From Sulfurovum sp. (GTDB lineage Bacteria > Campylobacterota > Campylobacteria > Campylobacterales > Sulfurovaceae), in the NCBI GenBank assembly GCA_041546475.1, contig JBFEWI010000001.1:1-36492 (forward strand): a stretch of DNA of 36,492 bases, given 5' to 3'. Below the pieces are notes generated by a model. The model did not search any database, was not told the DNA's origin, and saw nothing but the letters and a program-made list of their open reading frames with translations. The position numbers and the translations under genes were made by a program. Below, piece by piece: positions 26,171 through 36,336 of this stretch; position 1 is the stretch's first letter, and the number at the start of each line of letters is the position of its first letter.

Positions 26171-27145
26171 ATGGGTATAGATAGTTTAGTAGGCGGTACC
26201 ATCTGGGATGAGTACAGCAATAAAGTAACAGATTTAATGAACAACCCGCAAAATATGGGTGAGATCACAGAAGAAGAAGCCAAAGAGATGGGTGCTAAAC
26301 TCATCGTTGCTGACTTCGGTGCAGAGAGTTGTGGAGATGCCGTAAGACTTTACTGGGCAGTTGATCCTGAAACAGACATCATTAAAGAGTCTAAGTTTAA
26401 AAGTTTTGGTTGTGGTACAGCAATCGCCTCTTCTGACACAATGGCTGAGCTTTGTAAAGATAAAACAGTTGATGAAGCGGTAAAAATTACGAATATCGAT
26501 GTTGAAAAAGCAATGCGTGACGAACCGGATACCCCGGCAGTCCCACCGCAAAAAATGCACTGTTCAGTGATGGCATATGATGTGATCAAAAAAGCTGCTG
26601 CACAGTACAAAGGTGTAGATATAGATAGTTTTGAACAAGAAGTGATCGTCTGTGAATGTGCACGTGTGACACTCTCTACACTCAAAGAGGTGATCCGTCT
26701 CAATGACCTTACTACGGTTGAGCAGATCACAGATTACACAAAAGCAGGTGCATTTTGTAAGTCATGTATCAAACCTGGTGGACATGAGGAAAAAGATGTC
26801 TATCTTGTAGACCTCTTAGAAGAGTATGAAAAGGAAAAAATGGCTGCAGGTGCAACACTCGGTAATGAAGGCGGTGCGAGTGCTGATTTTGCTAAAATGA
26901 CTATCGTTCAGCGTATCAAAGCGGTGGATAAAGTCGTCGATGAAAATATCAGACAAATGCTTGTAATGGATGGCGGTGACATGGAGATCCTTGACATCAA
27001 AGAGAACGGTGCAAACTTTGACATTTACATCCGTTATTTAGGTGCATGTTCCGGTTGTGCAAGTTCAAGCACAGGTACACTTTTCGCTATAGAGAACATC
27101 TTAAAAGAGAAACTTGACGAAAACATCAGAGTTTTACCAATTTAA
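26171..27145 (+). CDS. nifU: Fe-S scaffold NifU (IscU + BFD-like + Nfu domains)
   Basis: 'SCGD','FGCG','MHCS' IscU domain; 'CEC...CKSC' middle domain; 'DGGD...GACSGC' Nfu domain. Confidence 0.95.
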   Translation: MGIDSLVGGTIWDEYSNKVTDLMNNPQNMGEITEEEAKEMGAKLIVADFGAESCGDAVRLYWAVDPETDIIKESKFKSFGCGTAIASSDTMAELCKDKTVDEAVKITNIDVEKAMRDEPDTPAVPPQKMHCSVMAYDVIKKAAAQYKGVDIDSFEQEVIVCECARVTLSTLKEVIRLNDLTTVEQITDYTKAGAFCKSCIKPGGHEEKDVYLVDLLEEYEKEKMAAGATLGNEGGASADFAKMTIVQRIKAVDKVVDENIRQMLVMDGGDMEILDIKENGANFDIYIRYLGACSGCASSSTGTLFAIENILKEKLDENIRVLPI

Positions 27146-27167
27146 TCTCTCTTCCTTTTTCATTGCA

Positions 27168-27197
27168 TGCCTGAGGCTTTTGCCTTGGGTGCATTTA
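27168..27197 (+). terminator. Probable nifSU terminator
   Basis: TGCCTGAGGC-TTTT-GCCTTGGGTG stem (with G-U pairs) followed by CATTT. Confidence 0.5.
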
Positions 27198-27316
27198 ACA
27201 ACAAATCATCAATTTACATAGCTTCAATCATTTTTCTTCTATATCTTTCATTTTAGATCTCTCTTTAATTGATTAATAAATAGACAAAAATATCGTTATC
27301 ATTTGAATGATCTAGG

Positions 27317-27472
27317 TTATACTATCTTATCCATAGCATTAATTCCTAATCTATGGACGTTAAAACAGATACATTACAATTTTTTTTATTGTAATCTCCT
27401 TTTTGAATACACTCCATCTGTTTTAACATTTTTTATCAATTTAAATGCTATCAATTCACTATCAGAGTATAA
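27317..27472. repeat. Nested inverted repeats (rod-like fold)
   Basis: 7-, 8- and 12-bp inverted repeats centred near 27393, plus an inner 8-bp hairpin. Confidence 0.55.
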
Positions 27473-27475
27473 GTG

Positions 27476-29056
27476 TCATATGACAACTTTATCAACCATC
27501 AACTGTAATGTAACCCTTCCCCTAAAATGATTTTCAGTGACTGTATAGACGATATCAACCTTAGAACCTCTTTCAAAGACTTCCCGTGTCTTGAATTTCA
27601 CACCCTGCATCACGATACCGTCCTGGGCAAAAGAAAAACGTAAATGCTCTCCCTCTTTACCCATACTGTCTGCCTGAAGGATCTCCACATTGGTACTGAT
27701 AAACTTTGGTGTAGCATTTCCCTGTCCGTAAGGTTCATACTTTTTCATGAGAGATGTCAGCTCAAAAGAGATAGCAGCAAAATGTAAATCCCCGACTATA
27801 TCTGGATCCATCTCCTCTTTGAGGTAACCGCCCTCAGCAAAGTTCCTCTGTACCTCTTCTCTGAAGGCTTCTAGATTCTCTTCTTTCAAAGAAAGTCCGA
27901 TAGCTGCCTGATGCCCTCCGAACTTCTCCAGATGCATTCTGGCACTGTCTACGATGGCAAAGAGATCACACGCACCAAAACTTCTACCACTCCCTTTCAG
28001 TAAGCCCTCTTCACTTCGGGTAAGGATGATACAGGGTTTTTCACATGCACGCGCTACTCTTGCAGCTACGATACCTACCACACCTTCATGCCATGCTTCC
28101 CCGACTACAATGGCCACTTCATCATTATGATCCACCTGTGCCATGGCATTTTGTGTAATAGTGTGTTCCGTAGCTTTTCTTAGGGTATTGAATTCTATGA
28201 GGCGTTCCAGTCTTACTCTGGCATCATAGATATTGGTCGAAGTTAAAAACTCTATGGCAAAAGAGGCATCCTCCATCCGCCCTGCACTGTTCAGCAATGG
28301 TGCAAGAAAAAAACCTATATCTTCTGATGTGATCGTCTCTTTTTGGCTGTGTTCAAGAAAAGCCCTGATGGCAGGGCGTTGACTTTTATTGAGTGCTTGT
28401 ATCCCTGCAAGGACCATTGCTCTGTTAATGTTTTTAAGCGGCATCATATCTGCAATAATAGCGATGGAGACCAATTCCATATATGCCATCATATCTATTT
28501 TTATATGGAGTGCATTTTTAAGTGAAGCAATAAGATACCAGGCAATTTGAGCACCACATACATCTTCATAAGGAAAGGTACATGATTCTTGTTTTTGGTT
28601 TATGATCGCATAGGCTTCCGGCACTTCGGGTGCCAAGAGGTGATGATCTGTAATAATAAGATCGATACCCTCTTTTTTACATAGTTGGGCTGCATAAACA
28701 GCAGAGATCCCGTTATCCACTGTGAGTGCCAGGTCTGTACCGACGATACGGGGTATGATATTTGCAGAGAGCCCATACCCGTCTCTAAAACGGTTGGGTA
28801 TGATCCACTCTACAGGATACTCGATTTCATCGAAAAAAAGCTTCATCAAAGTCGTAGAGGTGACACCATCTACATCATAGTCGCCGATTATGGTGATTTT
28901 TTCTCTGTTTTGAATGGCAGAAACGATACGTTCAGTCGCTCTGTCCATATCTTTGAACAGGGAGGGTTGGGGTAGATCCCGCAATGAGAGGAAACCCTCT
29001 TCAAAGCGCATGTTTAAAAGTGTTTCTAACTTTGTAAGTGTTAAGGGTTTGACCAT
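27476..29056 (-). CDS. recJ: ssDNA-specific exonuclease RecJ
   Basis: 'GDYDVDG', 'DGYG', 'TVDNG', 'TDHH', 'NSAGR', 'GSGRS', 'GGH'. Confidence 0.96.
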   Translation of the reverse strand: MVKPLTLTKLETLLNMRFEEGFLSLRDLPQPSLFKDMDRATERIVSAIQNREKITIIGDYDVDGVTSTTLMKLFFDEIEYPVEWIIPNRFRDGYGLSANIIPRIVGTDLALTVDNGISAVYAAQLCKKEGIDLIITDHHLLAPEVPEAYAIINQKQESCTFPYEDVCGAQIAWYLIASLKNALHIKIDMMAYMELVSIAIIADMMPLKNINRAMVLAGIQALNKSQRPAIRAFLEHSQKETITSEDIGFFLAPLLNSAGRMEDASFAIEFLTSTNIYDARVRLERLIEFNTLRKATEHTITQNAMAQVDHNDEVAIVVGEAWHEGVVGIVAARVARACEKPCIILTRSEEGLLKGSGRSFGACDLFAIVDSARMHLEKFGGHQAAIGLSLKEENLEAFREEVQRNFAEGGYLKEEMDPDIVGDLHFAAISFELTSLMKKYEPYGQGNATPKFISTNVEILQADSMGKEGEHLRFSFAQDGIVMQGVKFKTREVFERGSKVDIVYTVTENHFRGRVTLQLMVDKVVI

Positions 29057-30688
29057 CTATTTTTTATGTTGCATGGCTGCATTCACAAAAGCCAAGATCG
29101 ATGGATTTGCATTTTGAAGTCTAGAAGTAAATTCAGGATGGAATTGTACACCTAAGAACCAAGGGTGATCTTTCACTTCTACTGCTTCGATCAATCCGTC
29201 AGATTCACCTGTAATTTCCATACCATTTGCTTCCAAAGCTTCTCTATATTTAGGGTTTGCTTCATAACGGTGTCTATGTCTTTCATAAATGATTTTAGAA
29301 TCATATGCCGCTCTAAGATTTGAACCCTCTTTCGTTTCACATTCATATTCACCAAGACGCATAGTACCGCCCATTGGTGAAGTGGTCGTTCTTACTTGTT
29401 TTGAACCACTTGCATCTATAAATTCATCAATAAGATAGATAATAGGGTTTAGCGTATTTTCATCAAATTCTACTGAAGTTGCATCCTTTATACCAAGTAC
29501 ATTTCTTGCATATTCTACCATTGCCAGCTGCATACCAAGACAAATACCTAAAAATGGTATTTTATTTTCTCTTGCATACTGGATAGCCTGAATTTTACCT
29601 TCAACACCGCGCCCGCCAAAACCGCCTGCAACTAAAATACCGTCACAGTCACTCAGATATTTTTGGGCACCATCATCTTCCACTTTTTCACTGTCCACCC
29701 ATTTGATCTCTACTTTTGTATCAAGATGAGCACCTGCATGAATAAGGGCTTCTGTTAAAGACTTATAAGACTCTTTAAGATCCAAATATTTACCTACGAA
29801 TGCAATTTTCATACTGTCACTAGGCATAATGATCTTATGTACGAGATCTCTCCATTTATCCATATTCGGTTGGCAATCCTGAAGATCCAACTGTTTACAG
29901 ATAGGTGTCAATATATCCTGATCTAAAAAGTTCAAAGGTACTTGATAGATAGTAGGTGCATCGGCAGCAACGATCACAGAATCTTCTTCTACATCACAAG
30001 AGTAGGCTATTTTACGTTTGATTTCAGTAGAAACAGGCACTTCAGCACGTAGTACCAACATATGTGGTGCAATACCTATACGTCTAAGCTCCTGTACTGA
30101 ATGTTGTGTCGGTTTTGTTTTAAGCTCTCCGGCAGCTTTTATATAAGGTAAAAGAGTGACATGGATATTCATCACTTGGGTTTTACCAAATTCATGTTTC
30201 ATCTGTCTGATCGTTTCTAAAAACGGCAATCCTTCAATATCTCCTGTTGTACCACCGAGTTCTACAATAAGAATATCTTTATTTTCACCTGCTTTAACGA
30301 TACGATCTTTAATCTCATTGACAATATGTGGGACCACTTGGATCGTTTTACCAAGATACTTCCCTTTACGTTCATTTTCAATGACTGTTTTATAGACAAG
30401 ACCAGTGGTAAAGTTATTATTTTGTGTCAATGAAGTATCTAAAAATCGTTCATAATGACCCAGGTCCAGGTCTGTTTCTGCACCATCTTTGGTTACAAAA
30501 ACTTCACCATGTTCCAAAGGTGACATAGTACCAGGATCCACATTGATATAGGGATCAAGTTTTAATACTCCTACACGTTGACCTGTATGTTTTAACAATG
30601 TACCTATACTTGCAGCAGTAATACCTTTTCCTAAAGATGAAAGTACACCACCTGTAACAAAAATATATTTTGTTTTATTTTCACTCAT
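29057..30688 (-). CDS. pyrG: CTP synthase
   Basis: '[11 protein letters not shown]', '[13 protein letters not shown]', 'KTKPTQHSV', 'GICLG', 'QFHPE'. Confidence 0.98.
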   Translation of the reverse strand: MSENKTKYIFVTGGVLSSLGKGITAASIGTLLKHTGQRVGVLKLDPYINVDPGTMSPLEHGEVFVTKDGAETDLDLGHYERFLDTSLTQNNNFTTGLVYKTVIENERKGKYLGKTIQVVPHIVNEIKDRIVKAGENKDILIVELGGTTGDIEGLPFLETIRQMKHEFGKTQVMNIHVTLLPYIKAAGELKTKPTQHSVQELRRIGIAPHMLVLRAEVPVSTEIKRKIAYSCDVEEDSVIVAADAPTIYQVPLNFLDQDILTPICKQLDLQDCQPNMDKWRDLVHKIIMPSDSMKIAFVGKYLDLKESYKSLTEALIHAGAHLDTKVEIKWVDSEKVEDDGAQKYLSDCDGILVAGGFGGRGVEGKIQAIQYARENKIPFLGICLGMQLAMVEYARNVLGIKDATSVEFDENTLNPIIYLIDEFIDASGSKQVRTTTSPMGGTMRLGEYECETKEGSNLRAAYDSKIIYERHRHRYEANPKYREALEANGMEITGESDGLIEAVEVKDHPWFLGVQFHPEFTSRLQNANPSILAFVNAAMQHKK

Positions 30689-30703
30689 ATAACGCTTTTC
30701 CTT

Positions 30704-31771
30704 TTATGCCACGATCGGCATGATGATTGTAATAAAATTATCGTCTTTGACAATAAACGGCAATGACGGTTCATTGAATTCAATAGTAAATTCATTTTTA
30801 TTGACCTGTGAAATAAAATCTAAAATATATTTACTGTTGAATGAGAGTTCGAATTTGTCATCCAAACCTGTATTGAGCTCCACTTCTGTTTTTGCTTCTA
30901 CATTATCTGCACTTAATGAATTAAAAATAATCGTGTCCGATAAAAGTGTCATTTTGATCTCTTGTGAAATCGTTGTGATCATTTTTATTGCATCGACCAT
31001 CTCTTTTTTAGGAAGTGTGATCTGGTGTTTAGTCGTACCTGGTATGATACGTTGGTAATCCGGGAATTTACCGTTGATCAACCTTGTATAGAAATAGTAA
31101 TTTTCATTTGAAATAATAAGATTGGTTTCATCAAAGAAGATATCGATCTGGTCTAAAAAAAGTTTTTGAATTTCTAAAATGGCTTTTTTAGGTACGATCA
31201 ATGAGAGGGCTTCGTTATTATTGCCTGGAATGGTAGCAATGGCCAACCTTCTAGTATCTGTACCTACCAGATCAGTACCGCCATTTTTTATATTGATCAA
31301 AGCACCGTTGAGTTCAAATTTTGGATTGTTTGTATCGATTGCAGGAGAGATCTTTTTAAGATTTTGAATCAAATTTAGAGAATCCAGAGAAATTTGAGGT
31401 TTATTATTGATATTAGGGAATGATGGATAAGAGTTGGCATCAAATGTAGGAAGTTTGAATTTAGAATGTTTTTGTTTGATAATGAGTGTATTGTCTAAAA
31501 TTTCTAAGGTAATGTCATCATCTTTGAGTATGCGTATGATATCCAGAAGTTTTTTACCATGTGCAGTAAATGATCCTTCTGCCTCTATACTAATATTATC
31601 GGTAACAATCTGTAAACCTATTTCAGAATCTGTAGCTTTAACAATACATTTACCGTCTTGTGTGGCAAACAATATATGTGAGGTAATTTGACTTGCATCT
31701 TTTTTTTCTAAAAAAGGCTGTAAATTAATGAGTATAGATTCTATAATCTGTTTTTCTGCTCTTATCTTCAT
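30704..31771 (-). CDS. dnaN: DNA polymerase III beta clamp
   Basis: 'ATDSEIG', 'GTDTRRL', 'GKFPDYQRII', C-terminal 'IIMP'; downstream of dnaA. Confidence 0.97.
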   Translation of the reverse strand: MKIRAEKQIIESILINLQPFLEKKDASQITSHILFATQDGKCIVKATDSEIGLQIVTDNISIEAEGSFTAHGKKLLDIIRILKDDDITLEILDNTLIIKQKHSKFKLPTFDANSYPSFPNINNKPQISLDSLNLIQNLKKISPAIDTNNPKFELNGALINIKNGGTDLVGTDTRRLAIATIPGNNNEALSLIVPKKAILEIQKLFLDQIDIFFDETNLIISNENYYFYTRLINGKFPDYQRIIPGTTKHQITLPKKEMVDAIKMITTISQEIKMTLLSDTIIFNSLSADNVEAKTEVELNTGLDDKFELSFNSKYILDFISQVNKNEFTIEFNEPSLPFIVKDDNFITIIMPIVA

Positions 31772-31780
31772 TGACTCTCC

Positions 31781-31930
31781 TTATTTTAATAAAATTAGTA
31801 GGTAGTAGTAGTGTGACATGAATATGTGAAAAACTACTCTATTGCTTGTGTGACCGTTGTTTCAGCGAATGTATAACTTTTTTTGAACATTCACATTTAT
31901 TCACTTTTAAAATTATATCTTTTTTTTATT
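31781..31930. other. oriC2 (DUE, DnaA-trios, DnaA boxes)
   Basis: AT-rich 31781-31795; TAG repeats 31796-31811; box-like TGTGACATG 31812, TGTGAAAAA 31825, ACATTCACA 31887, TTATTCACT 31897. Confidence 0.8.
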
Positions 31931-31955
31931 CAAGTTTTCTATGTTGAAATATTGT

Positions 31956-33290
31956 TTAGAGCGGCTCATTTTGTGTATGGGTATTTACTTTGTTAGAGAG
32001 TTCTTCCAAAATCACTTTAAAATTTTCATCACTTTCAATTATTTCATTGATTTTTTTCATTGCATGGGAGATAGCTGTATGGTCTTTCATTCCGAAATAT
32101 ACAGCGATCTGCGGCATAGAGTTTGGTGTAAGATTTCTAGCCAGATAGATCGCAATTCTTCTTGCATTTACCACATTTTTGGTACGTTTTTTAGATTTCA
32201 TGTCTGAAGGTTTGATATTGAGCTCTTTTGAAATAATTTTTACGATTTCATCTATTGTGATATTTTCTTTTTTCTCTTTAAGCTGATCTTTGATGGCATT
32301 TTGGGCAAAATCAAGGGTGATCTCCTGGTTCAGCATAGAAGAAAGCGCGTTCAGTTTAATAATGGTTCCTTCTATCTCACGTATATTGTCACCCATATGT
32401 GTAGCGATATAATTGACGATCTCATTGTCCAGTGTGATACCGTCAAGTTCACATTTTTTTTGAATGATGGCAATTTTGGTCTCCAGTCCCGGTGGTTGGA
32501 TATCCGCCATCAGTCCCATTTCAAAACGGGTTCTTAGTCTGTCGACAAGTCCTACGATCTTATTGGGTTGTCTGTCTGAAGTGATCACGATCTGTTTATT
32601 ATTGTTGTAGAGTTCATTAAAGGTGTGAAAAAATTCTTCTTGCGTCTGCTCTTTTCTGCTTAGGAACTGTATATCGTCTATAAGCAGAAGATCACACTCT
32701 CTGAACTTGTCTCTAAATCTGTCCATGGTCTGAGAACGTAGATGTGAAGTAAAAGAGTTCATGAATTGTTCCAGTGTTGTATAGATGACGGTCTTACCCA
32801 GATCTATATGATAATTACCGATGGCTTGGAGGAGGTGTGTTTTACCCAGTCCTACACCGCCGTAGAGAAAAAGAGGGTTATAGAGTTTACCAGGTTTTTC
32901 TGCTACGGATTTCGCTGTAGTATAGGCAAATTGGTTGGAGTCCCCTACAATAAAACTGTCGAAGGTCAAAGAGGGATTGAGATAGGTACTTTTAGAATGA
33001 CTTTTTTCGCTGGTCTGTTTCACAACAGGGCTTGCACTCTCATTACTTTGTTTGCCTATAGTGATCTCTATTTCCGGTTTAATCTGGTTCTGCAGTTCAA
33101 AAAGATGCATCAGTTTATTCGTATATTTGCTTTTGATCCATTTTGCAATGATCATATTGGGAGCATTGAAATAGGCAATATTACTTCGGGAACGTTTGGT
33201 GTCATAGGTAAGGTTTTTAATATATCGTTCATACTCTATTTCTGTGATCTCTTTTTTCAGTTCAAAAAGTACTTTTTGTCCTACATTCAT
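31956..33290 (-). CDS. dnaA: Chromosomal replication initiator DnaA
   Basis: 'YNPLFLYGGVGLGKTHLL', 'LLIDDIQF', 'QEEFFHTFN', 'REIEG', 'DHTAI'. Confidence 0.98.
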   Translation of the reverse strand: MNVGQKVLFELKKEITEIEYERYIKNLTYDTKRSRSNIAYFNAPNMIIAKWIKSKYTNKLMHLFELQNQIKPEIEITIGKQSNESASPVVKQTSEKSHSKSTYLNPSLTFDSFIVGDSNQFAYTTAKSVAEKPGKLYNPLFLYGGVGLGKTHLLQAIGNYHIDLGKTVIYTTLEQFMNSFTSHLRSQTMDRFRDKFRECDLLLIDDIQFLSRKEQTQEEFFHTFNELYNNNKQIVITSDRQPNKIVGLVDRLRTRFEMGLMADIQPPGLETKIAIIQKKCELDGITLDNEIVNYIATHMGDNIREIEGTIIKLNALSSMLNQEITLDFAQNAIKDQLKEKKENITIDEIVKIISKELNIKPSDMKSKKRTKNVVNARRIAIYLARNLTPNSMPQIAVYFGMKDHTAISHAMKKINEIIESDENFKVILEELSNKVNTHTQNEPL

Positions 33291-33318
33291 CCGTTCATGC
33301 CTTTGATATTTTTAAATG

Positions 33319-33459
33319 TGTGAATAAATTTTCATAGTTTTTAAGAGTTAAAATTCTCAATGTGAATAACTTACAACATTTTAGCCAATTTAAGCTAAAA
33401 TAGCGTTATTAAACAGAGTTGAATAATTTTATTCACTATGTGAACAAAGGTGTGAATGA
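33319..33459. other. oriC1 DnaA-box cluster between dnaA and ruvC
   Basis: TGTGAATAA 33319 and 33361, GTTGAATAA 33418, TTATTCACT 33429, TGTGAACAA 33439, TGTGAATGA 33451 (TTCAC-core boxes). Confidence 0.8.
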
Positions 33460-33941
33460 ATATTTTAGGAATAGACCCCGGAAGCCGTAATTTAGGGTAC
33501 TGTATCATATTTTGGGATGGGAAAAACTTTTCACTTGTTGAAGCAGGACTGGTGAAAATCAAAGCAAAAGAGCTACAAGAGCAGATCATTGAGCTGGTAG
33601 AGGGGATCGACGTCATTTTGAAGGCACATAAAGTGGATGAAGTGGCCATTGAAGATATCTTTTTTGCCTATAATCCAAAGTCCGTTCTAAAGCTTGTACA
33701 GTTTAGAGGCGCACTCTCATTAAAGATACTCCAAGAGATAGGTTATTTCTATGAATATACACCGTTACAGGTCAAAAAATCGGTCACAGGAAACGGAAAA
33801 GCAGATAAAGAACAAGTCGCTTTTATGGTAAAAAGACTCTTTGGCATTAAAAAGGAGATCAAACCTTTGGATATCACAGATGCCATGGCTATCGCATTGA
33901 CGCATCTGCAAAGGGTAAAATTGCGAAAGAAATCTAGTTAG
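33456..33941 (+). CDS. ruvC: Holliday junction resolvase RuvC
   Basis: 'ILGIDPG', 'AIED', '[15 protein letters not shown]', 'D.TDAMAIA'. Confidence 0.96.
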   Translation: MNILGIDPGSRNLGYCIIFWDGKNFSLVEAGLVKIKAKELQEQIIELVEGIDVILKAHKVDEVAIEDIFFAYNPKSVLKLVQFRGALSLKILQEIGYFYEYTPLQVKKSVTGNGKADKEQVAFMVKRLFGIKKEIKPLDITDAMAIALTHLQRVKLRKKSS

Positions 33942-35640
33942 AGAGCGGTTGTGCGTTTTTCTTTACTGAGATCATACGTTTTTCAGGTATGGTGAATGTA
34001 GCCTTTTTATTGCCTACTACAGACTCTTCAATGATCTTGTCATAGAGATAGATATCATTTTTAAAATAGGCCAATCCGTCCTCCTCATAGACAGTAAAGT
34101 AGAGGATATGTACAGGGATCTGCCTTTTTAGATAGATGTTTGTAGGCTCATTGCTTGCAAGTATCTCATCTATTTTCTCTTGAGAATAACTTTTCCATGT
34201 ATGTTCAAGCAGCTTATCCATAAGATCAAAAGGTTTTTCTACACGTATACAACCGGAACTATAGATCTTATAACGACGGGAGAGCAGTGATTTATTATCC
34301 GTATCATGCAGATATACATCATATTTGTTAGGGAACATGAACTTTACTCTTCCTAAGGCATTATTCTCGCCAGGGAACTGTACAAATCGGTAGGGTACGC
34401 GCTCTTCGTTTTTTTCATAAGGGGCAAGCATCTCGTAGGTGACCTCTATCTCTTTTTTGCCTTGGAATGCATGAATATTGTTCTCTTTTAGATACATAGG
34501 ATTCTTTTTAAGTACAGGTATCAGATCCCGTTTGACCAGGTTATCGGTGACGGTCCATGTCGGATTGAGTACCATATAGCGTATGGCATTGGAAAAAAGA
34601 GGGGTCGGTCTGTCTATACGCCCAACTACGATACCTTTTTTCATGATCATTTCATTGTCTCTATAATACCGGAGATTAAAATCAGGGATATTCACTTCAA
34701 TATGCTCATCTTCAAATTGTTTTGGATAGAGTTTTGTTTTGTCCAAATTGGTGATGATGGCCTGTATATTATTTTTTACAGGAAGATTGAGATAGTAGGT
34801 CGTTGTTTTGTCTACCGTACCGGTCACTTTGATCAGGTAACGTTTTTGGTAGGTTTTGACAGCTCTTTTAAGCGTTTCATCAAATTCATCGTCAATAGGC
34901 GCATCTTTAGGATAATCTCCAGTGATCTGCAGTCGTTTCTTTATCTCCTCAACGCGGCTTGAACTGTCACCCAGTTTCAAGATGTCATTACTGTATTTTA
35001 TCTTTGGAAATTTATCCATCACACGATAATCATGAAGAAGTTTTACAAGATCTCTATAGCGTTTCTCCATAGGAAGAAGAGAAGTCAGATATTCATAGAT
35101 AGTCCCGTTTTCTATAGCAGAGATCAGTGCATCAGGATCCGGAAATGCTTTAGGTTCCATTTCCCATCTTGCAGAGATGTCATCACTCTTTTTAAGGCTG
35201 TTCAGTTTCTTCTGTACGAGATTCCAGTCCACATCACCCTGAACGATAAATCTTACTAAACGCACGAATGAGCTGGTAAGTACAAGGTCAAGTTTCGCAT
35301 AGGCAGAGGCCTGTTTTGCCTGGCTGATCTCACCGTTGTCAAGCTGATAAAAAAGATGTTTGATAGATCTTTGATCAAACGATTTGTTTTTATAGTTAAA
35401 AAGCGGGTCATTGAGCGCTTGTATCAGATGACTTGTTTTGATCCTGTTTTTATTGCCGATCCATAAAGGCTTATCACCGGTTTGAGCATAGATATCCTGA
35501 ATGATAGATTTGTTTTGACCGGTGATACGTGTCTGGACGCCTTTTTTGATATATGCAGCGATGTTCTCCATGGAAAGTATCTCCCCATGAAGAGGATTGA
35601 GTGTCAATAGTAAAAATATCAGTAGTGTTAAAAAACGCAA
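33934..35640 (-). CDS. L,D-transpeptidase, YcbB/LdtD-like, with peptidoglycan-binding domain
   Basis: Signal peptide, PG-binding 'AVKTYQKRY', 'VNIP', 'NPTW', '[12 protein letters not shown]', catalytic 'LHDT...SSGCIR'. Confidence 0.9.
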   Translation of the reverse strand: MRFLTLLIFLLLTLNPLHGEILSMENIAAYIKKGVQTRITGQNKSIIQDIYAQTGDKPLWIGNKNRIKTSHLIQALNDPLFNYKNKSFDQRSIKHLFYQLDNGEISQAKQASAYAKLDLVLTSSFVRLVRFIVQGDVDWNLVQKKLNSLKKSDDISARWEMEPKAFPDPDALISAIENGTIYEYLTSLLPMEKRYRDLVKLLHDYRVMDKFPKIKYSNDILKLGDSSSRVEEIKKRLQITGDYPKDAPIDDEFDETLKRAVKTYQKRYLIKVTGTVDKTTTYYLNLPVKNNIQAIITNLDKTKLYPKQFEDEHIEVNIPDFNLRYYRDNEMIMKKGIVVGRIDRPTPLFSNAIRYMVLNPTWTVTDNLVKRDLIPVLKKNPMYLKENNIHAFQGKKEIEVTYEMLAPYEKNEERVPYRFVQFPGENNALGRVKFMFPNKYDVYLHDTDNKSLLSRRYKIYSSGCIRVEKPFDLMDKLLEHTWKSYSQEKIDEILASNEPTNIYLKRQIPVHILYFTVYEEDGLAYFKNDIYLYDKIIEESVVGNKKATFTIPEKRMISVKKNAQPLSN

Positions 35641-35752
35641 AAAAGTGCTCCAAAATGTTTAGTATAAAGTATTTATGAAAACGTATTATAGTGAAATTTT
35701 TTAGCGTAAGTTTAACAAGTAGTCAACAAGAGTGAATTGAGTAGGAATATTT

Positions 35753-35783
35753 ATAAGGCTAAGCCTTAAAGGCTTAGCCTTAT
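35753..35783. terminator. 15-1-15 palindrome directly after the OMP stop
   Basis: ATAAGGCTAAGCCTT-A-AAGGCTTAGCCTTAT. Confidence 0.55.
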
Positions 35784-35784
35784 T

Positions 35785-36336
35785 TTAGAATGTATAGGTA
35801 AATCCTATATTGATAGAATCAGCAAGAACATCCTGGTTCGGTAATGCACCATCAAATCCTGTGTCATCATAGAGATTTGTGTAATCTACGAAGACACCGA
35901 TATTCTCAACCACTTCATAGCTGGCACCCAGACCCCACTGAAAACCAGATTCAGATAGGTTTATGCTATGGTCATAATCTACCTGCCCGTACCCAAGCAA
36001 ACCGTAGAGTACGATTCCACCCATTGGATACATAGGTTTAAGATAGATGGCGGTATTCTCAAGACAATCGGTAAGTCCGGAGTATCTACCTTCCACACCG
36101 ATATATTGGTTAAAGTTGTACCCTGCCAGCAAAAGTACTGCGTCACCATCCGCTTCAGAACCGTTATCCGGATCCAAATTCATATTGGAGTAACCCAAAC
36201 CTACATACACTGAACTTGAAGATGCTTCTACCACCGGAGTCTCTACCACAGGTTCAACCGGTGCGATATCTCCACCCGCTGTTGCGAGTGCACTCATTGT
36301 CAAAAACGCTGCTAATGAAAGATTGAACTTTTTCAT
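35785..36336 (-). CDS. Small outer-membrane beta-barrel protein (OmpA-like barrel, no periplasmic domain)
   Basis: Signal peptide, 'AGGDIAPVEP' linker, 'GYNFNQYIGVEGRY', 'YGLLGYG', C-terminal YTF; AAGGAG RBS. Confidence 0.85.
   Translation of the reverse strand: MKKFNLSLAAFLTMSALATAGGDIAPVEPVVETPVVEASSSSVYVGLGYSNMNLDPDNGSEADGDAVLLLAGYNFNQYIGVEGRYSGLTDCLENTAIYLKPMYPMGGIVLYGLLGYGQVDYDHSINLSESGFQWGLGASYEVVENIGVFVDYTNLYDDTGFDGALPNQDVLADSINIGFTYTF

Noticed and set aside
27303-27530. 75-aa plus-strand ORF
   Set aside because: TTG start without SD, very AT-rich, overlaps the recJ 3' end, no recognisable motif.
33287-33298. Micro-uORF ATG AAC GGA TGA overlapping the dnaA start (ATGA)
   Set aside because: The AAAGG SD is 1 nt from the uORF ATG but 9 nt from the dnaA ATG, so it fits dnaA.
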